From an uncultured Candidatus Saccharibacteria bacterium (lineage in GTDB: Bacteria; Patescibacteriota; Minisyncoccia; Phycocordibacterales; UBA9973), in contig CAZYIA010000003.1 in the NCBI GenBank assembly GCA_964646765.1, forward strand, positions 66,815-130,814: a stretch of DNA of 64,000 bases. Reading direction: 5' to 3'. This document shows positions 37,557 through 47,568 of this stretch, one piece after another. A model generated the notes under the pieces. The model saw nothing but the letters and a program-made list of their open reading frames with translations. It was not told where the DNA came from and did not search any database. The translations under genes and the position numbers were made by a program. Each line of letters begins with the position of its first letter. Within the stretch, counting starts at the first letter, position 1.

Positions 37557-39116
37557 ATGCGTCGTACAGGAGATTTTTTTGCCCACCTCGGAGGATGGAT
37601 ATGGGCTCATAAATGGAAAAGTGTCGGAGTTCTTATTCTTATTGCCGTCATTCTTTTTAGTGTTCTTTCACCAAAAAAACCAAAAACACCGATTGTCTTT
37701 GAATCAGTGAAAGAGGGAAACTTGAAAGCAACCGTGCTTGCAACAGGAACGGTTACGTCGGTTACCGACCTCGCACTCTCATTTCCAGCTTCAGATATTC
37801 TTCGGAAACTCTCTGTGGTTGTTGGCGATAAAGTAAAATCAGGTACCATACTCGCAACTCTTGATAATCGTGACGAGCGAGCCGCTCTTACTTCTGCGCA
37901 AGGAGCCGTGGCTTCTGCAGAAGCTGCTAAGCAAAAACTTATTGAGGGAGCTTCAAACGAAGAAATTAAAGTTGCTCAAACAGCAGTTGATAATGCTCAA
38001 GCTGAACTTACTCAGACAACTAAAGAACAGAATCAGCTTGTTGAAAATGCTCACCGGGCTCTCTTAAGTGGGGGGCTTGCAGCAATTCCTGTCGATACCA
38101 AGACAACCATACCAGCTCCAACAATTTCTGGAACATATACAAGTAGCCAAGAAGGTACATATACGATCGATATCTCGAGTACTGGAGGCGGAGGCCAATT
38201 CTCAATTTCTGGGCTCGAGACCGGTGGAGGATTGGTTTCGACAACCGCTCCAGTTGCACTTGGTACTCGAGGACTTTTTATAGAGTTTCCATCGAACTTT
38301 ACTGCAGTTTCTGGTACTTCTTGGACTGTTCAAATTCCAAATACCCAAGCTTCCGTTTATGCTGCTAACTACAATGCGTATCAAGCCGCAATACAAATGC
38401 GTGAAAGTGCCCTCGTTTCTGCTCAAGCAGTTGTAAATGCACGACAAGCTGACCTCGCTCTAAAGCAGGCAGATGCTCGCCCAGCTGAAATTGCAGCTGC
38501 TGAAGCTGATATCCTTTCTGCCCGCGGCAAGCTTGAAGCTGCTCAGGTTGCATACGACAATACACTCCTTCGGGCTCCAGCGTCCGGCACTATTACCGCT
38601 GTTGATGTAAAACTTGGCGAGCAGGTAACGGCACAGAAACCAGTTATTACACTCGAAGATGTATCAAATATTTATATTGAGGCAAATATTAATGAGTCTG
38701 ATATTCCTCGCGTTGTTGTAGGACAAAAAGTAAATGTGACCTTTGATGCGTTTGGTCCAGAAAAAGTTTACGATGCAACAGTCTCAAGTATTGATCCTTC
38801 TTCAACGACGGTTTCAGGAGTGGTTAACTATAAAGTTAAAGCGACCTTAGCTGACAGTACTGGAGTCTTGCCAGGTATGACCGCAAATATGACTATTGTG
38901 ACGGGCGAAAAAGATACTGTTCTCTATATACCCAAAGCCGCTATCCATACTGATGGGGTAGGGTCATTTGTGTATGTTGTCACTGATCAAAAAGGAAATA
39001 AGTATGAACGGCGCGCTGTAACAACTGGTTTTGTGGGTGACGGTAATCAAGTTGAAATTACAACTGGGCTAACAGAAAATGATCGGGTAATTGTCTCCGA
39101 TATCAGTACTCTATGA
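37557..39116 (+). CDS. Efflux membrane-fusion (HlyD/MacA-like) adaptor
   Basis: VGDKVKSG..LA, coiled coils, LRAPASG, PGMTA. Confidence 0.88.
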   Translation: MRRTGDFFAHLGGWIWAHKWKSVGVLILIAVILFSVLSPKKPKTPIVFESVKEGNLKATVLATGTVTSVTDLALSFPASDILRKLSVVVGDKVKSGTILATLDNRDERAALTSAQGAVASAEAAKQKLIEGASNEEIKVAQTAVDNAQAELTQTTKEQNQLVENAHRALLSGGLAAIPVDTKTTIPAPTISGTYTSSQEGTYTIDISSTGGGGQFSISGLETGGGLVSTTAPVALGTRGLFIEFPSNFTAVSGTSWTVQIPNTQASVYAANYNAYQAAIQMRESALVSAQAVVNARQADLALKQADARPAEIAAAEADILSARGKLEAAQVAYDNTLLRAPASGTITAVDVKLGEQVTAQKPVITLEDVSNIYIEANINESDIPRVVVGQKVNVTFDAFGPEKVYDATVSSIDPSSTTVSGVVNYKVKATLADSTGVLPGMTANMTIVTGEKDTVLYIPKAAIHTDGVGSFVYVVTDQKGNKYERRAVTTGFVGDGNQVEITTGLTENDRVIVSDISTL

Positions 39117-40390
39117 ACGCCCGTTCTCGCGTTGAAAATTCATTCTCTCAAAACATAAAAGTGGGATGGTTTTTGGCGTCTCGAGATATTAAACGAGCGA
39201 ATATTTGGACAACACTCCTTATTACCTTGGTGATGACGCTTACTTTCCTTAACCTTGTAGTAGTCTCAGGAATTCTTGTCGGTCTTATTCAAGGTTCAGA
39301 AGATGCTGAAAAAAAATATGCCATTGGTGATTTAGTTATTTCGCCTTTTCTCAACAAAGTTGCCATTGATGAAACACCAGATGTCGTTAATATTGTTAAA
39401 ACAATTCCAGGATATAAGAATCACACCGTCCGCTATACAGGAAGTGCTCGAGTTGAATCAAATTATCGCACTACTATTGCTCCAGATGAAATTCGTGATG
39501 GAGCAGGGGCTGCGTTTTTAGGCATCGATCCTATTCAAGAAGAAAAATTTTCCGGACTTTCAAAATTTGTTATCCGAGGATCGTACTTATCGCCTGAAGA
39601 TCAAGATAGTATTTTGATTGGGAAAAATTTGCTGTATGAATTTACGCCAATTGAAGCTCCAGGCTTTCAAACTCTCAAAAATGTTGCAATCGGCTCACGA
39701 ATAAAAATAACTGTCGGGGATGTTTCAAAGGAATACGTCCTTAAGGGGATTATCTCAAGTAAGGTTGATACCTTTGATACTTCTGTTATTGCTCTCTCAT
39801 CTGAAGTTCGTAAAATGACCGGACGAAGTGATTTAGATGCTGGCACTATTGCGATTCAGCTTTTACCAGATACAACGCCTGAGTCAGCCCAGCAATTTCT
39901 GATTGCCAATGGTGTCGATCGTTTAGCGCGAATACAAACCGCGGAGGAAGCTTTTCCAAAGTTTTTGAAGGATATTAAAGCCACGTTTAATATTTTAGGT
40001 GTGGCGATTTCAAGTATTGGTTTAGTGGTTGCTTCCATCACTATTTTTATTGTGATTTTCGTCAATGCTATTACCCGTCGTCGCTTCATTGGTATTTTGA
40101 AGGGAATCGGTATCCATCAAAAGGCCATTTTATATTCGTATATTATGCAAGCGCTCATCTATGCGTTTCTAGGAACGGCGATTGGTCTTGTTTTAGTATT
40201 CTTTTTGATTAAGCCGTATTTTGCAGCACACCCAATTAATTTTCCATTCTCTGATGGTATTCTCGTAGCAACGCTCTCTGGTACCTTTATTCGTGCAGGA
40301 GTCCTCATGCTTGCAACACTGATTGCCGGCTATATTCCTGCCCGTATTGTTATTAAGCAAAATACGTTAAGTGCCATCCTTGGCCGATAG
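39113..40390 (+). CDS. FtsX/MacB-like ABC permease
   Basis: TM, large extracellular loop, RRRFIGILKGIG, three C-terminal TM helices. Confidence 0.88.
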   Translation: MNARSRVENSFSQNIKVGWFLASRDIKRANIWTTLLITLVMTLTFLNLVVVSGILVGLIQGSEDAEKKYAIGDLVISPFLNKVAIDETPDVVNIVKTIPGYKNHTVRYTGSARVESNYRTTIAPDEIRDGAGAAFLGIDPIQEEKFSGLSKFVIRGSYLSPEDQDSILIGKNLLYEFTPIEAPGFQTLKNVAIGSRIKITVGDVSKEYVLKGIISSKVDTFDTSVIALSSEVRKMTGRSDLDAGTIAIQLLPDTTPESAQQFLIANGVDRLARIQTAEEAFPKFLKDIKATFNILGVAISSIGLVVASITIFIVIFVNAITRRRFIGILKGIGIHQKAILYSYIMQALIYAFLGTAIGLVLVFFLIKPYFAAHPINFPFSDGILVATLSGTFIRAGVLMLATLIAGYIPARIVIKQNTLSAILGR

Positions 40391-40394
40391 GAAT

Positions 40395-41072
40395 ATGATT
40401 AAAGCCGAAGCATTACGAAAAGAATTTCAAAGTGGCGACACAAAAATTGTTGCCGTGAATAGTCTTTCATTTGATATTCCCAAAGGACAGTTTTTAACTG
40501 TAACGGGAAAGTCAGGATCCGGTAAATCAACTCTTTTGTACCAGCTTGGTCTTCTTGATACTCCCACTTCAGGTGAAGTTTTTATTGATGGAGAGGAGGT
40601 TATCAATATTCCTGAAAAGGAACGTACGATGATTCGGCTAAATGAGTTAGGTTATATATTCCAAGACTATGCCATTATTCCATCACTTACTGCTCTTGAA
40701 AATACACTCGTTCCGCTTTTAATGCAGGGATATGCAACAAGCACTGCAGAGAAAAAGGCAAAAGTAGCTCTTGGGCGAGTAGGACTTACTGATCGCATGC
40801 ATAACTTACCGAGTCAGCTTTCTGGTGGTCAGCAACAACGAGTTGCAATCGCGCGAGCAATTGCTCACGAACCAAAAATTATTTTTGCCGACGAGCCGAC
40901 AGCAAACCTCGACTCAGAAACATCTGATCAAGTTATCAACGCTTTTCTTGATTTAAATAGGGAAGGACAAACCATTGTTATGGTGACGCATGAACCTGAG
41001 TATGCTGCTCTCGCTCACCGTACATTCGTAATGGCGGACGGCTCAATTATTAACGATATTGTAAATCGCTAG
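40395..41072 (+). CDS. ABC transporter ATP-binding protein (LolD/MacB-like)
   Basis: GKSGSGKS, LSGGQQQR, ADEPTANLD. Confidence 0.93.
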   Translation: MIKAEALRKEFQSGDTKIVAVNSLSFDIPKGQFLTVTGKSGSGKSTLLYQLGLLDTPTSGEVFIDGEEVINIPEKERTMIRLNELGYIFQDYAIIPSLTALENTLVPLLMQGYATSTAEKKAKVALGRVGLTDRMHNLPSQLSGGQQQRVAIARAIAHEPKIIFADEPTANLDSETSDQVINAFLDLNREGQTIVMVTHEPEYAALAHRTFVMADGSIINDIVNR

Positions 41073-41073
41073 T

Positions 41074-42108
41074 ATGTTGTATCGAGGTCTACGCACGATT
41101 CTGTTCTGGTTTAACCCAGAAGATGTGCACTATGTGACGTTGTATATATTTCGTAGTGTGCGCCGTGTTCCAGTACTAGGAGCGCTCGTAAAGCGGATGA
41201 TTGGTGTTTCGAATATTACAAAACCAATCCAAGCGCTTGGTCTGACATTTAAAAACCAGGTTGGTCTTGCCGCTGGTTTCGACAAAGACGCTCGCTTTAT
41301 TCCTGAATTTGCTGAACTAGGTTTTGGGTTTATTGAAGTGGGGACGGTAACACCACTCGCACAGTCAGGAAATCCGAAGCCACGATTGTTTCGGTTGCCA
41401 AAAGATCAGGCGATTATTAATCGAATGGGATTTAATAATGCCGGCGCAGACGAAATGGCAAAACGTTTACAAAAAAAACCAGCAGGAATTATTGTCGGTG
41501 TTAATATTGGGAAAAATAAAGTTACTCCTAATGAAGAAGCTCTCCACGATTACGAAATGTGCTTCACAACATTGTACGATGGTGCTGACTATTTTGTGAT
41601 TAATGTAAGTTCCCCTAATACTCCGGGTCTTCGGGCATTACAAGATAAAGAACCGCTTCGAAAACTTTTGGAGCACATACTCTCTCTTCGAGTGAAAGAG
41701 GTCCAGGCAGGAAAAATACAAAAGCCGGTACTCTTAAAAATTGCTCCTGATCTTTCACAACCAGAGCTCGACGACGTTATTGACTTAGTACTTGAAACTA
41801 AAATTGATGGTATCGTGGCAACCAACACCACTATTTCACGAGCTGACTTAATAACCGAAACACAGGAGATTGAAGGTATCGGTGCTGGTGGACTTTCAGG
41901 GAAACCACTCTTTAATCGAGCAACAGACGTCGTTCGCTATATTTCTGAAAAAAGTGGAGGAAAGATTTTCATTATTGGTGTCGGTGGCATTTTTTCTGCT
42001 CTCGATGCCAAAGCAAAATTTGCCGCAGGGGCAAGTCTTGTACAACTATACTCTGGTTTTATTTATCAAGGACCTGGGCTTATCAGAGACATTCTTGAGT
42101 CACAGTAA
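41074..42108 (+). CDS. pyrD: Quinone-dependent (class 2) dihydroorotate dehydrogenase
   Basis: GLAAGFDK, INRMGFNN, NVSSPNTPGLR, KIAPDL, GGLSG. Confidence 0.95.
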   Translation: MLYRGLRTILFWFNPEDVHYVTLYIFRSVRRVPVLGALVKRMIGVSNITKPIQALGLTFKNQVGLAAGFDKDARFIPEFAELGFGFIEVGTVTPLAQSGNPKPRLFRLPKDQAIINRMGFNNAGADEMAKRLQKKPAGIIVGVNIGKNKVTPNEEALHDYEMCFTTLYDGADYFVINVSSPNTPGLRALQDKEPLRKLLEHILSLRVKEVQAGKIQKPVLLKIAPDLSQPELDDVIDLVLETKIDGIVATNTTISRADLITETQEIEGIGAGGLSGKPLFNRATDVVRYISEKSGGKIFIIGVGGIFSALDAKAKFAAGASLVQLYSGFIYQGPGLIRDILESQ

Positions 42109-42149
42109 CTATTCCTTGACTTGGAAGGGGAGAACGATACTATTGAGAT

Positions 42150-42362
42150 ATGGCGCAGCACGAACTGTATAATTTTGGGGAGTCGAACGATCACGATAAT
42201 CCACTCTTGAAACATATCTTGAAAGGGATGAATCTCACCAAAGAAAGCCAGGAAGAACAAGCCCAAAAAATAAAAAAGGCCCTTGAAGAAAAAGCAAAGC
42301 GGGAGCAGCTCTTTCAAGAGGGGAAACAGGGAGAAATCAACTTTCCTAATAAGCTTTCGTAA
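42150..42362 (+). CDS. Hypothetical protein
   Basis: 70-aa charged ORF preceded by TTGACT-N16-TACTAT-N6-ATG. Confidence 0.55.
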   Translation: MAQHELYNFGESNDHDNPLLKHILKGMNLTKESQEEQAQKIKKALEEKAKREQLFQEGKQGEINFPNKLS

Positions 42363-42406
42363 GAAAAAGTACCGTCGTTCGTCATTAGTAGTGTTAAAAG
42401 TTAAGT

Positions 42407-43222
42407 ATGCAAACTATGTTTGGAGACTATACGCCACGTGTGGCAAAAATGTCAGCGACCCTCTTAGCGGTCCTCGCTGTTTTTTTCGTTTTTAAAACGA
42501 TAACTGTTATTAAGCAACTTCCGTTTATTGCCAGTGGTACCACGGCAACGAACACCATCGCCGTTTCTGGAGAAGGTGAGGCGTTTGCTGTACCAGATAT
42601 TGCCCAAATTACGGCAACTATTGAGAAGGATGGAAAATCTGCAAAAGATGCGCAGACTACCGTAAGTGCACAAGAAAAAGCATTGCTCTCGTACCTTAAG
42701 AGTGCGGGGATTGCTGATAAGGATATTAAGACAACCAACTACAGTTCATATCCAAAGTATGAATGGCAGGAAGGTGGCGTGGTTACCTGTGCCCTAAACA
42801 CAGCTTGTCCACCACGACCAGGAAAAAATGTCTTAACCGGATACACGGTGAGCGAAACAATTACGATTAAAGTTCGTGACACTGATAAGGCAGGTGATAT
42901 CGTTGACGGCATTGCAAAGGCTGGTATTAATCAAGTCTCTGGTCCTGACTACACTGTTGATGACGATACTGCAATCCAAGCGCAGGCTCGTGATAAAGCA
43001 ATTGCTGACGCAAAAACTAAGGCAGAAGCTTTAGCTAAATCACTCGGTGTTCACATCGTTCGCATTGTAAACTTTAGTGAAAATGGTGGTGGTTACCCAA
43101 TGCCAATGTACGCCAAAATGGAGTTTGCTTCCGCTGACAGTGGCGGCTCATCTGCTCCATCACTTCCAAAAGGAGAAAATAAGTACACGTCCAACGTTAC
43201 TATTACCTACGAAATTCGTTAA
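42407..43222 (+). CDS. SIMPL (DUF541) domain protein
   Basis: IAVSGEGEAFAVPD, ARDKAIADAKTKAEALA. Confidence 0.9.
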   Translation: MQTMFGDYTPRVAKMSATLLAVLAVFFVFKTITVIKQLPFIASGTTATNTIAVSGEGEAFAVPDIAQITATIEKDGKSAKDAQTTVSAQEKALLSYLKSAGIADKDIKTTNYSSYPKYEWQEGGVVTCALNTACPPRPGKNVLTGYTVSETITIKVRDTDKAGDIVDGIAKAGINQVSGPDYTVDDDTAIQAQARDKAIADAKTKAEALAKSLGVHIVRIVNFSENGGGYPMPMYAKMEFASADSGGSSAPSLPKGENKYTSNVTITYEIR

Positions 43223-43235
43223 ATTTTCTTGTTAG

Positions 43236-43269
43236 AACAAGCGCCAAACCTAAAAGTTTGGCGCTTGTT
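43236..43269 (+). terminator. Intrinsic terminator
   Basis: aacaagcgccaaac...gtttggcgcttgtt. Confidence 0.75.
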
Positions 43270-43358
43270 TCTTACTTGCAGGGTTTCTGGAAGCGTGGTA
43301 ATCTTACGACAGACGTCCCTCGCGGGCGTTTTAAATTAGCCAAAATACGTTTATCTAT

Positions 43359-43544
43359 ATGTCTATTACCTCATATCTTAAAGAAACACGTGCTGAACTC
43401 TCTCAAGTAACGTGGCCAACTTGGAACCAGGCAGTTCTCTTTACTGTTGCTGTTATTGTTATTTCACTTGCAGTCGCGTATTTTCTTGGCTTCTTTGATT
43501 TCCTCTTCTCACTCGGTCTTGGCAAACTCCTACAGCTCCGCTAA
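43359..43544 (+). CDS. secE: Preprotein translocase subunit SecE
   Basis: ELSQVTWP motif, single TM, upstream of nusG. Confidence 0.93.
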   Translation: MSITSYLKETRAELSQVTWPTWNQAVLFTVAVIVISLAVAYFLGFFDFLFSLGLGKLLQLR

Positions 43545-43578
43545 CGACCGTCTACGTTACTAACTAACTCTAGAATTT

Positions 43579-44127
43579 ATGGCAAAACAAGAACTCCAAG
43601 GTGAGCGAAACTGGTATGCAGTGCATACCTATGCTGGATACGAAAATGCAGTGCAGCGTAACTTAAAGCAGCGTATCGAATCGCTCGGCATGCAAGACAA
43701 AATTTTTAATGTCGTCGTGCCAACCGAAAAGAAAATCAAAATCAAAGCAGGGAAGCGCGTAGAAGTTGAAGAAAAAGTCTACCCAGGTTACGTACTCGTT
43801 GATATGGTGGTAACTGATGACTCCTGGTATGTTGTGCGTAACACCCCACGCGTAACCGGTTTCGTTGGTGCCGGTGTAAATCCAGTGCCGCTTAATAAGG
43901 ACGAAATGGCGATGCTCTTTAAATCAATGGATGATACTCAGACAGCTCGTCACAACATTGATCTCGTTACCGGTGAAATTGTTCGCATTGCAGACGGTCC
44001 GTTTAAGGATCTCGAAGGCAAAGTAGACGCAGTAGACCAAGAGCGTGGCAAGGTTCGAGTACTTGTTTCAATGTTCGGTCGCGAAACCCCGGTAGAACTT
44101 GATTTCTTACAGGTAAAAAAGATTTAG
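43579..44127 (+). CDS. nusG: Transcription factor NusG
   Basis: WYAVHTYAGYE, YPGYVLV, GPF, FGRETPVEL. Confidence 0.97.
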   Translation: MAKQELQGERNWYAVHTYAGYENAVQRNLKQRIESLGMQDKIFNVVVPTEKKIKIKAGKRVEVEEKVYPGYVLVDMVVTDDSWYVVRNTPRVTGFVGAGVNPVPLNKDEMAMLFKSMDDTQTARHNIDLVTGEIVRIADGPFKDLEGKVDAVDQERGKVRVLVSMFGRETPVELDFLQVKKI

Positions 44128-44232
44128 TTTACAAGGTTTTTAAACCGTGCTAAAGTAATGCCCGTTACGCTTTCCAATTAAGAAATTAGACAGCTTCTAC
44201 GTTCTAATTTCTAGTATCTAAATTCTAAATTT

Positions 44233-44661
44233 ATGGCCGCAAAGAAAGTAACAAAAAAAGTAAAAGTTCGCGTTATAGGGGGCAAAGCTACCCCAGCGCC
44301 ACCACTTGGTCCAGCTCTTGGTCAGGCGGGTGTAAACATCGGTGACTTCGTACAGAAGTTTAACGCCGCTTCTCAGCAATTTGTTGGAGAAACTGTCGGT
44401 GTTGTTATCTCTGTCTACGAAGATCGAACCTATGATTTCGTCATTAAGACTCCACCGGTAATTAATTACCTTACGAAAGCCGCTGGAATTGAAAAAGGTT
44501 CAGGTAAGCCAAACACATCGAAAGTAGGCAAGATTACGAGAGCTCAGCTTAAGGAAATCGCCGAAAAGAAAATGCCTGATCTTAATGCTAATGACATCGA
44601 AGCCGCAATGAAAATCATCGCTGGCTCCGCTCGTCAGGCAGGTATCACGATCGTTGACTAA
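44233..44661 (+). CDS. rplK: 50S ribosomal protein L11
   Basis: [24 protein letters not shown]. Confidence 0.97.
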   Translation: MAAKKVTKKVKVRVIGGKATPAPPLGPALGQAGVNIGDFVQKFNAASQQFVGETVGVVISVYEDRTYDFVIKTPPVINYLTKAAGIEKGSGKPNTSKVGKITRAQLKEIAEKKMPDLNANDIEAAMKIIAGSARQAGITIVD

Positions 44662-44676
44662 GTCTCTTGTTTTCAA

Positions 44677-44703
44677 ACAAAACCCCCAGAAAGGGGGTTT
44701 TGT
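44677..44703 (+). terminator. Terminator directly after rplK
   Basis: acaaaaccccc-agaaa-gggggttttgt. Confidence 0.8.
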
Positions 44704-44717
44704 GTTATAGTGCCCAC

Positions 44718-45368
44718 ATGCAAAATCTCACCCAGCGCGATTATACAAAGCTTTTTATTTGTCTCACGCTCTATATTACGGCTCTTATTGCTTCAAATAC
44801 TTTAGGCATTAAGGTCATGCCATTTCTTTTTGGAACCCATCTTTCAGTTTCGGTATTTTACTTTCCAATCGTATTTTTGATGACTGACATTATCGGGGAA
44901 GTGTATGGTAAAGAGTGGGCTCGCCGCTTTGTGCTCGCTGGTTTTATTTCGGTGCTTGCCTTTCTCTTGTTTAATATTCTCTCAGTTATTACACCGTGGT
45001 CGGGGGCTGGGGCATGGGCGCATACTGCGTACAATACGCTCTACAGCGTTTCAATGCGAATCTCTGTTGCTTCAGTGCTCGCGTTCGTCATCGGCGAATA
45101 CCAAGATGTTTTTACTTTTTTCTTTTTTAAGGCAAAACAAGGAGACAAATATTTTTGGCTGCGTTCAAATCTTTCTAATATCTGGAGCCAATTTCTTGAC
45201 ACGGTGATCTTCATGACTGTGGCTTTTGCTGGGGTGTATTCTTGGCCAACACTTTTTATGATGATTATTCCGTGGTGGATATATAAAGTACTCATGGGTG
45301 TAGCTTTCACTCCGCTTTCATACCTAGGACTCGCCTTATTAAAGAGAGATGAAACCAAGCAAGCCTAA
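44718..45368 (+). CDS. YhhQ/QPTR (Vut_1) family transporter
   Basis: FLMTDIIGEVYG, RISVAS..AF, WLRSNLSNIWSQFLDTVIF. Confidence 0.9.
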   Translation: MQNLTQRDYTKLFICLTLYITALIASNTLGIKVMPFLFGTHLSVSVFYFPIVFLMTDIIGEVYGKEWARRFVLAGFISVLAFLLFNILSVITPWSGAGAWAHTAYNTLYSVSMRISVASVLAFVIGEYQDVFTFFFFKAKQGDKYFWLRSNLSNIWSQFLDTVIFMTVAFAGVYSWPTLFMMIIPWWIYKVLMGVAFTPLSYLGLALLKRDETKQA

Positions 45369-45873
45369 ATTAAAGACTCACTTTGTTGCCTATGTGGCAG
45401 CAAGTATAGATGGCCGCATTTCACTCGACGAAAAAACTGTGCCTGATTGGACAAGTAAAGAAGACTGGAAATTTTTTCAAAAAGGTCTTTCAAAAGCAGA
45501 TGCAGTTATTGCTGGCCGAAATACCTATCTAGCCGCACAAAAGAGGTTAGACAAAAGAAATACGTTTGTTTTTACAAGTACAGTGACGAAGTTAAGCAAA
45601 AAAGGTAACGTCATGTTTCTAAATCCGAAACATACAAACCTAAGTCAGCTGTTTCAAGAATATACAACCGTTGTTATTGTCGGTGGTGCACGAGTATATC
45701 AAACAATGCTTGAGCATAACATGCTTGATGAGCTGTTTGTTACTATCGAACCTTTAGTATTTGGCCGTGGCCAAACAATGTTTAGTAATGGAACAAAAAA
45801 TAGTAGACTCAAACTCAAAAATGTTCGAAAGTTAAATAAAAAAGGGACTCTACTTCTTCACTATGTACGTTAA
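45349..45873 (+). CDS. RibD C-terminal/DHFR-fold reductase
   Basis: VAASIDGRI, GRNTY, VGGA, DELFVTIEPLVFGRG. Confidence 0.85.
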   Translation: MKPSKPKLKTHFVAYVAASIDGRISLDEKTVPDWTSKEDWKFFQKGLSKADAVIAGRNTYLAAQKRLDKRNTFVFTSTVTKLSKKGNVMFLNPKHTNLSQLFQEYTTVVIVGGARVYQTMLEHNMLDELFVTIEPLVFGRGQTMFSNGTKNSRLKLKNVRKLNKKGTLLLHYVR

Positions 45874-46561
45874 AGCAATTACAACAAAAGTTTTTCAGGA
45901 AAAAGAAAATCTTAACGATTTTATTCTCAAGTATCTTCCTCGTGTTTCTGAAGGTTCAGTTATTGTGGTGACCTCAAAAATTGTCGCCTTGGCTGAAGGG
46001 CGAACGGCTGTTTTTAAAAATCAAAAAGAAAAAGAAGTTCTCATCAAGAAAGAAAGTACTTTTGCCATCAAAACACCATTGGTGTGGCTCACTATTAAGG
46101 ATGGCACAGTTATGGCGAATGCTGGGGTAGACGAGTCAAATGCTCAGGGGAAAATTATTCTTTTGCCACAAGATAGTTTCCAGGCTGCAGAAAAACTGCG
46201 AATAGCACTTAAAAAGCATTACAAGGTTAAAAAGCTTGGCATCTTAATTACCGATTCTCGTCTTATGCCGCTCAGAGCTGGAGTGGTTGGTGTGGCGCTT
46301 GGGTACGCAGGATTTCAGGGATTAAAAAATTATGTTGGCAAAAAAGATATTTTTGGTCGGAAATTTAAATTTGAACAAACGGATATTGCTGATAGTTTAG
46401 CTACGGCCGCAGTGCTTACGATGGGTGAGGGTGCAGAACAAAAACCGTTAGCTCTTATAATAGAGGCTCCAGTTACCTTTACTAACCAAGTAAACAAAAA
46501 AGAGCTTCGCATTGATCCTAAGAAGGATCTCTATGCTCCTTTATTTAAGAAATTGAAATAA
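45863..46561 (+). CDS. CofE-like gamma-glutamyl ligase (F420 ligase fold, FolC2-like)
   Basis: VTSKIVA.AEG, ANAGVDESN, ITDS..PLRAG, DIFGR, MGEGAEQKP. Confidence 0.87.
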   Translation: MYVKAITTKVFQEKENLNDFILKYLPRVSEGSVIVVTSKIVALAEGRTAVFKNQKEKEVLIKKESTFAIKTPLVWLTIKDGTVMANAGVDESNAQGKIILLPQDSFQAAEKLRIALKKHYKVKKLGILITDSRLMPLRAGVVGVALGYAGFQGLKNYVGKKDIFGRKFKFEQTDIADSLATAAVLTMGEGAEQKPLALIIEAPVTFTNQVNKKELRIDPKKDLYAPLFKKLK

Positions 46562-46563
46562 GT

Positions 46564-47568
46564 ATGGCAGTTCCACTACTTTCAAAAATTTTACCTCGCA
46601 TTGCTAAAAAAATCGGAGCTACAGTAGTTGTTGAACCAAAGTACGGTTATGTAGGTCAGATTATTTTTAAAAACGGCAAAAAGAAATATTTTCGGGTTTC
46701 TACTCTTGATATTAATACGGTTGGCTCTGTCGACATTGCTAAAGACAAAGGTTACGCCAAATTTTTTATGGAGCGAATGGGATATCCGGTAGCAGAAGGG
46801 AAAGTATTTTTTCGACCAAATTTTGCCAAAGCGATTGGTTCCCGAGAGAGTATTGAAGCTGCTTGGCGCTATGCTAAAAAACGAGGCGTACCGGTTATCG
46901 TTAAACCCAATAGTTTAAGTATGGGATTTGGTGTCGCTAAAGTTTCCACCAAGCAATCGTTTTTCCGTGCTGCGCGAGAAATTTTTAAAGCCGATCGCGT
47001 CATGCTTGTTGAAGAAGTGCTCATCGGTCGCGATTATCGCATTGTAGTGCTCGACAATAATGTTATTTCTGCCTACGAGCGCATGCCACTTGCAGTAATT
47101 GGTGATGGTAAAAGCAGTATCCGAGCGCTGCTAAAAAGATTACAGCAAGAGTTTGTGGCTAATGATCGTGATACAGTGATAAAAATGGACGACCCGCGAA
47201 TGCGCGAGGTACTTCTTCGGAGCAAAAAAACTTTTGCATCAGTTCCAAAGAAAGGGGAGCGCGTACAACTTCTTGATAACGCGAATCTTTCAACCGGAGG
47301 CAAAGCAATTGATGTAACTTCCGAGCTTCATCCTTCAATCAAAAAACTAGCCATCAAACTCACCAAAGATATGGGTCTCCGAATTTGCGGTGTTGATTTG
47401 ATGCTTTCGGAAAATGCAAAAGTTTCGCTCTCACAACAAAAGTACTGGGTTATTGAAGTAAACGGAGCTCCAGGACTTGACCACTATTTTGAAACAGGTA
47501 AGAAGCAACAAAAAATTGTTGAAGCGATGTATCTCAAAGTACTGAAAGCAATGGAGAAAGGCGCCTAG
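46564..47568 (+). CDS. ATP-grasp ligase, cyanophycin synthetase/GshAB-like
   Basis: VIVKP, DYRIVV, GDGKSSI, ANLSTGG, GVD, IEVNGAPG. Confidence 0.82.
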   Translation: MAVPLLSKILPRIAKKIGATVVVEPKYGYVGQIIFKNGKKKYFRVSTLDINTVGSVDIAKDKGYAKFFMERMGYPVAEGKVFFRPNFAKAIGSRESIEAAWRYAKKRGVPVIVKPNSLSMGFGVAKVSTKQSFFRAAREIFKADRVMLVEEVLIGRDYRIVVLDNNVISAYERMPLAVIGDGKSSIRALLKRLQQEFVANDRDTVIKMDDPRMREVLLRSKKTFASVPKKGERVQLLDNANLSTGGKAIDVTSELHPSIKKLAIKLTKDMGLRICGVDLMLSENAKVSLSQQKYWVIEVNGAPGLDHYFETGKKQQKIVEAMYLKVLKAMEKGA

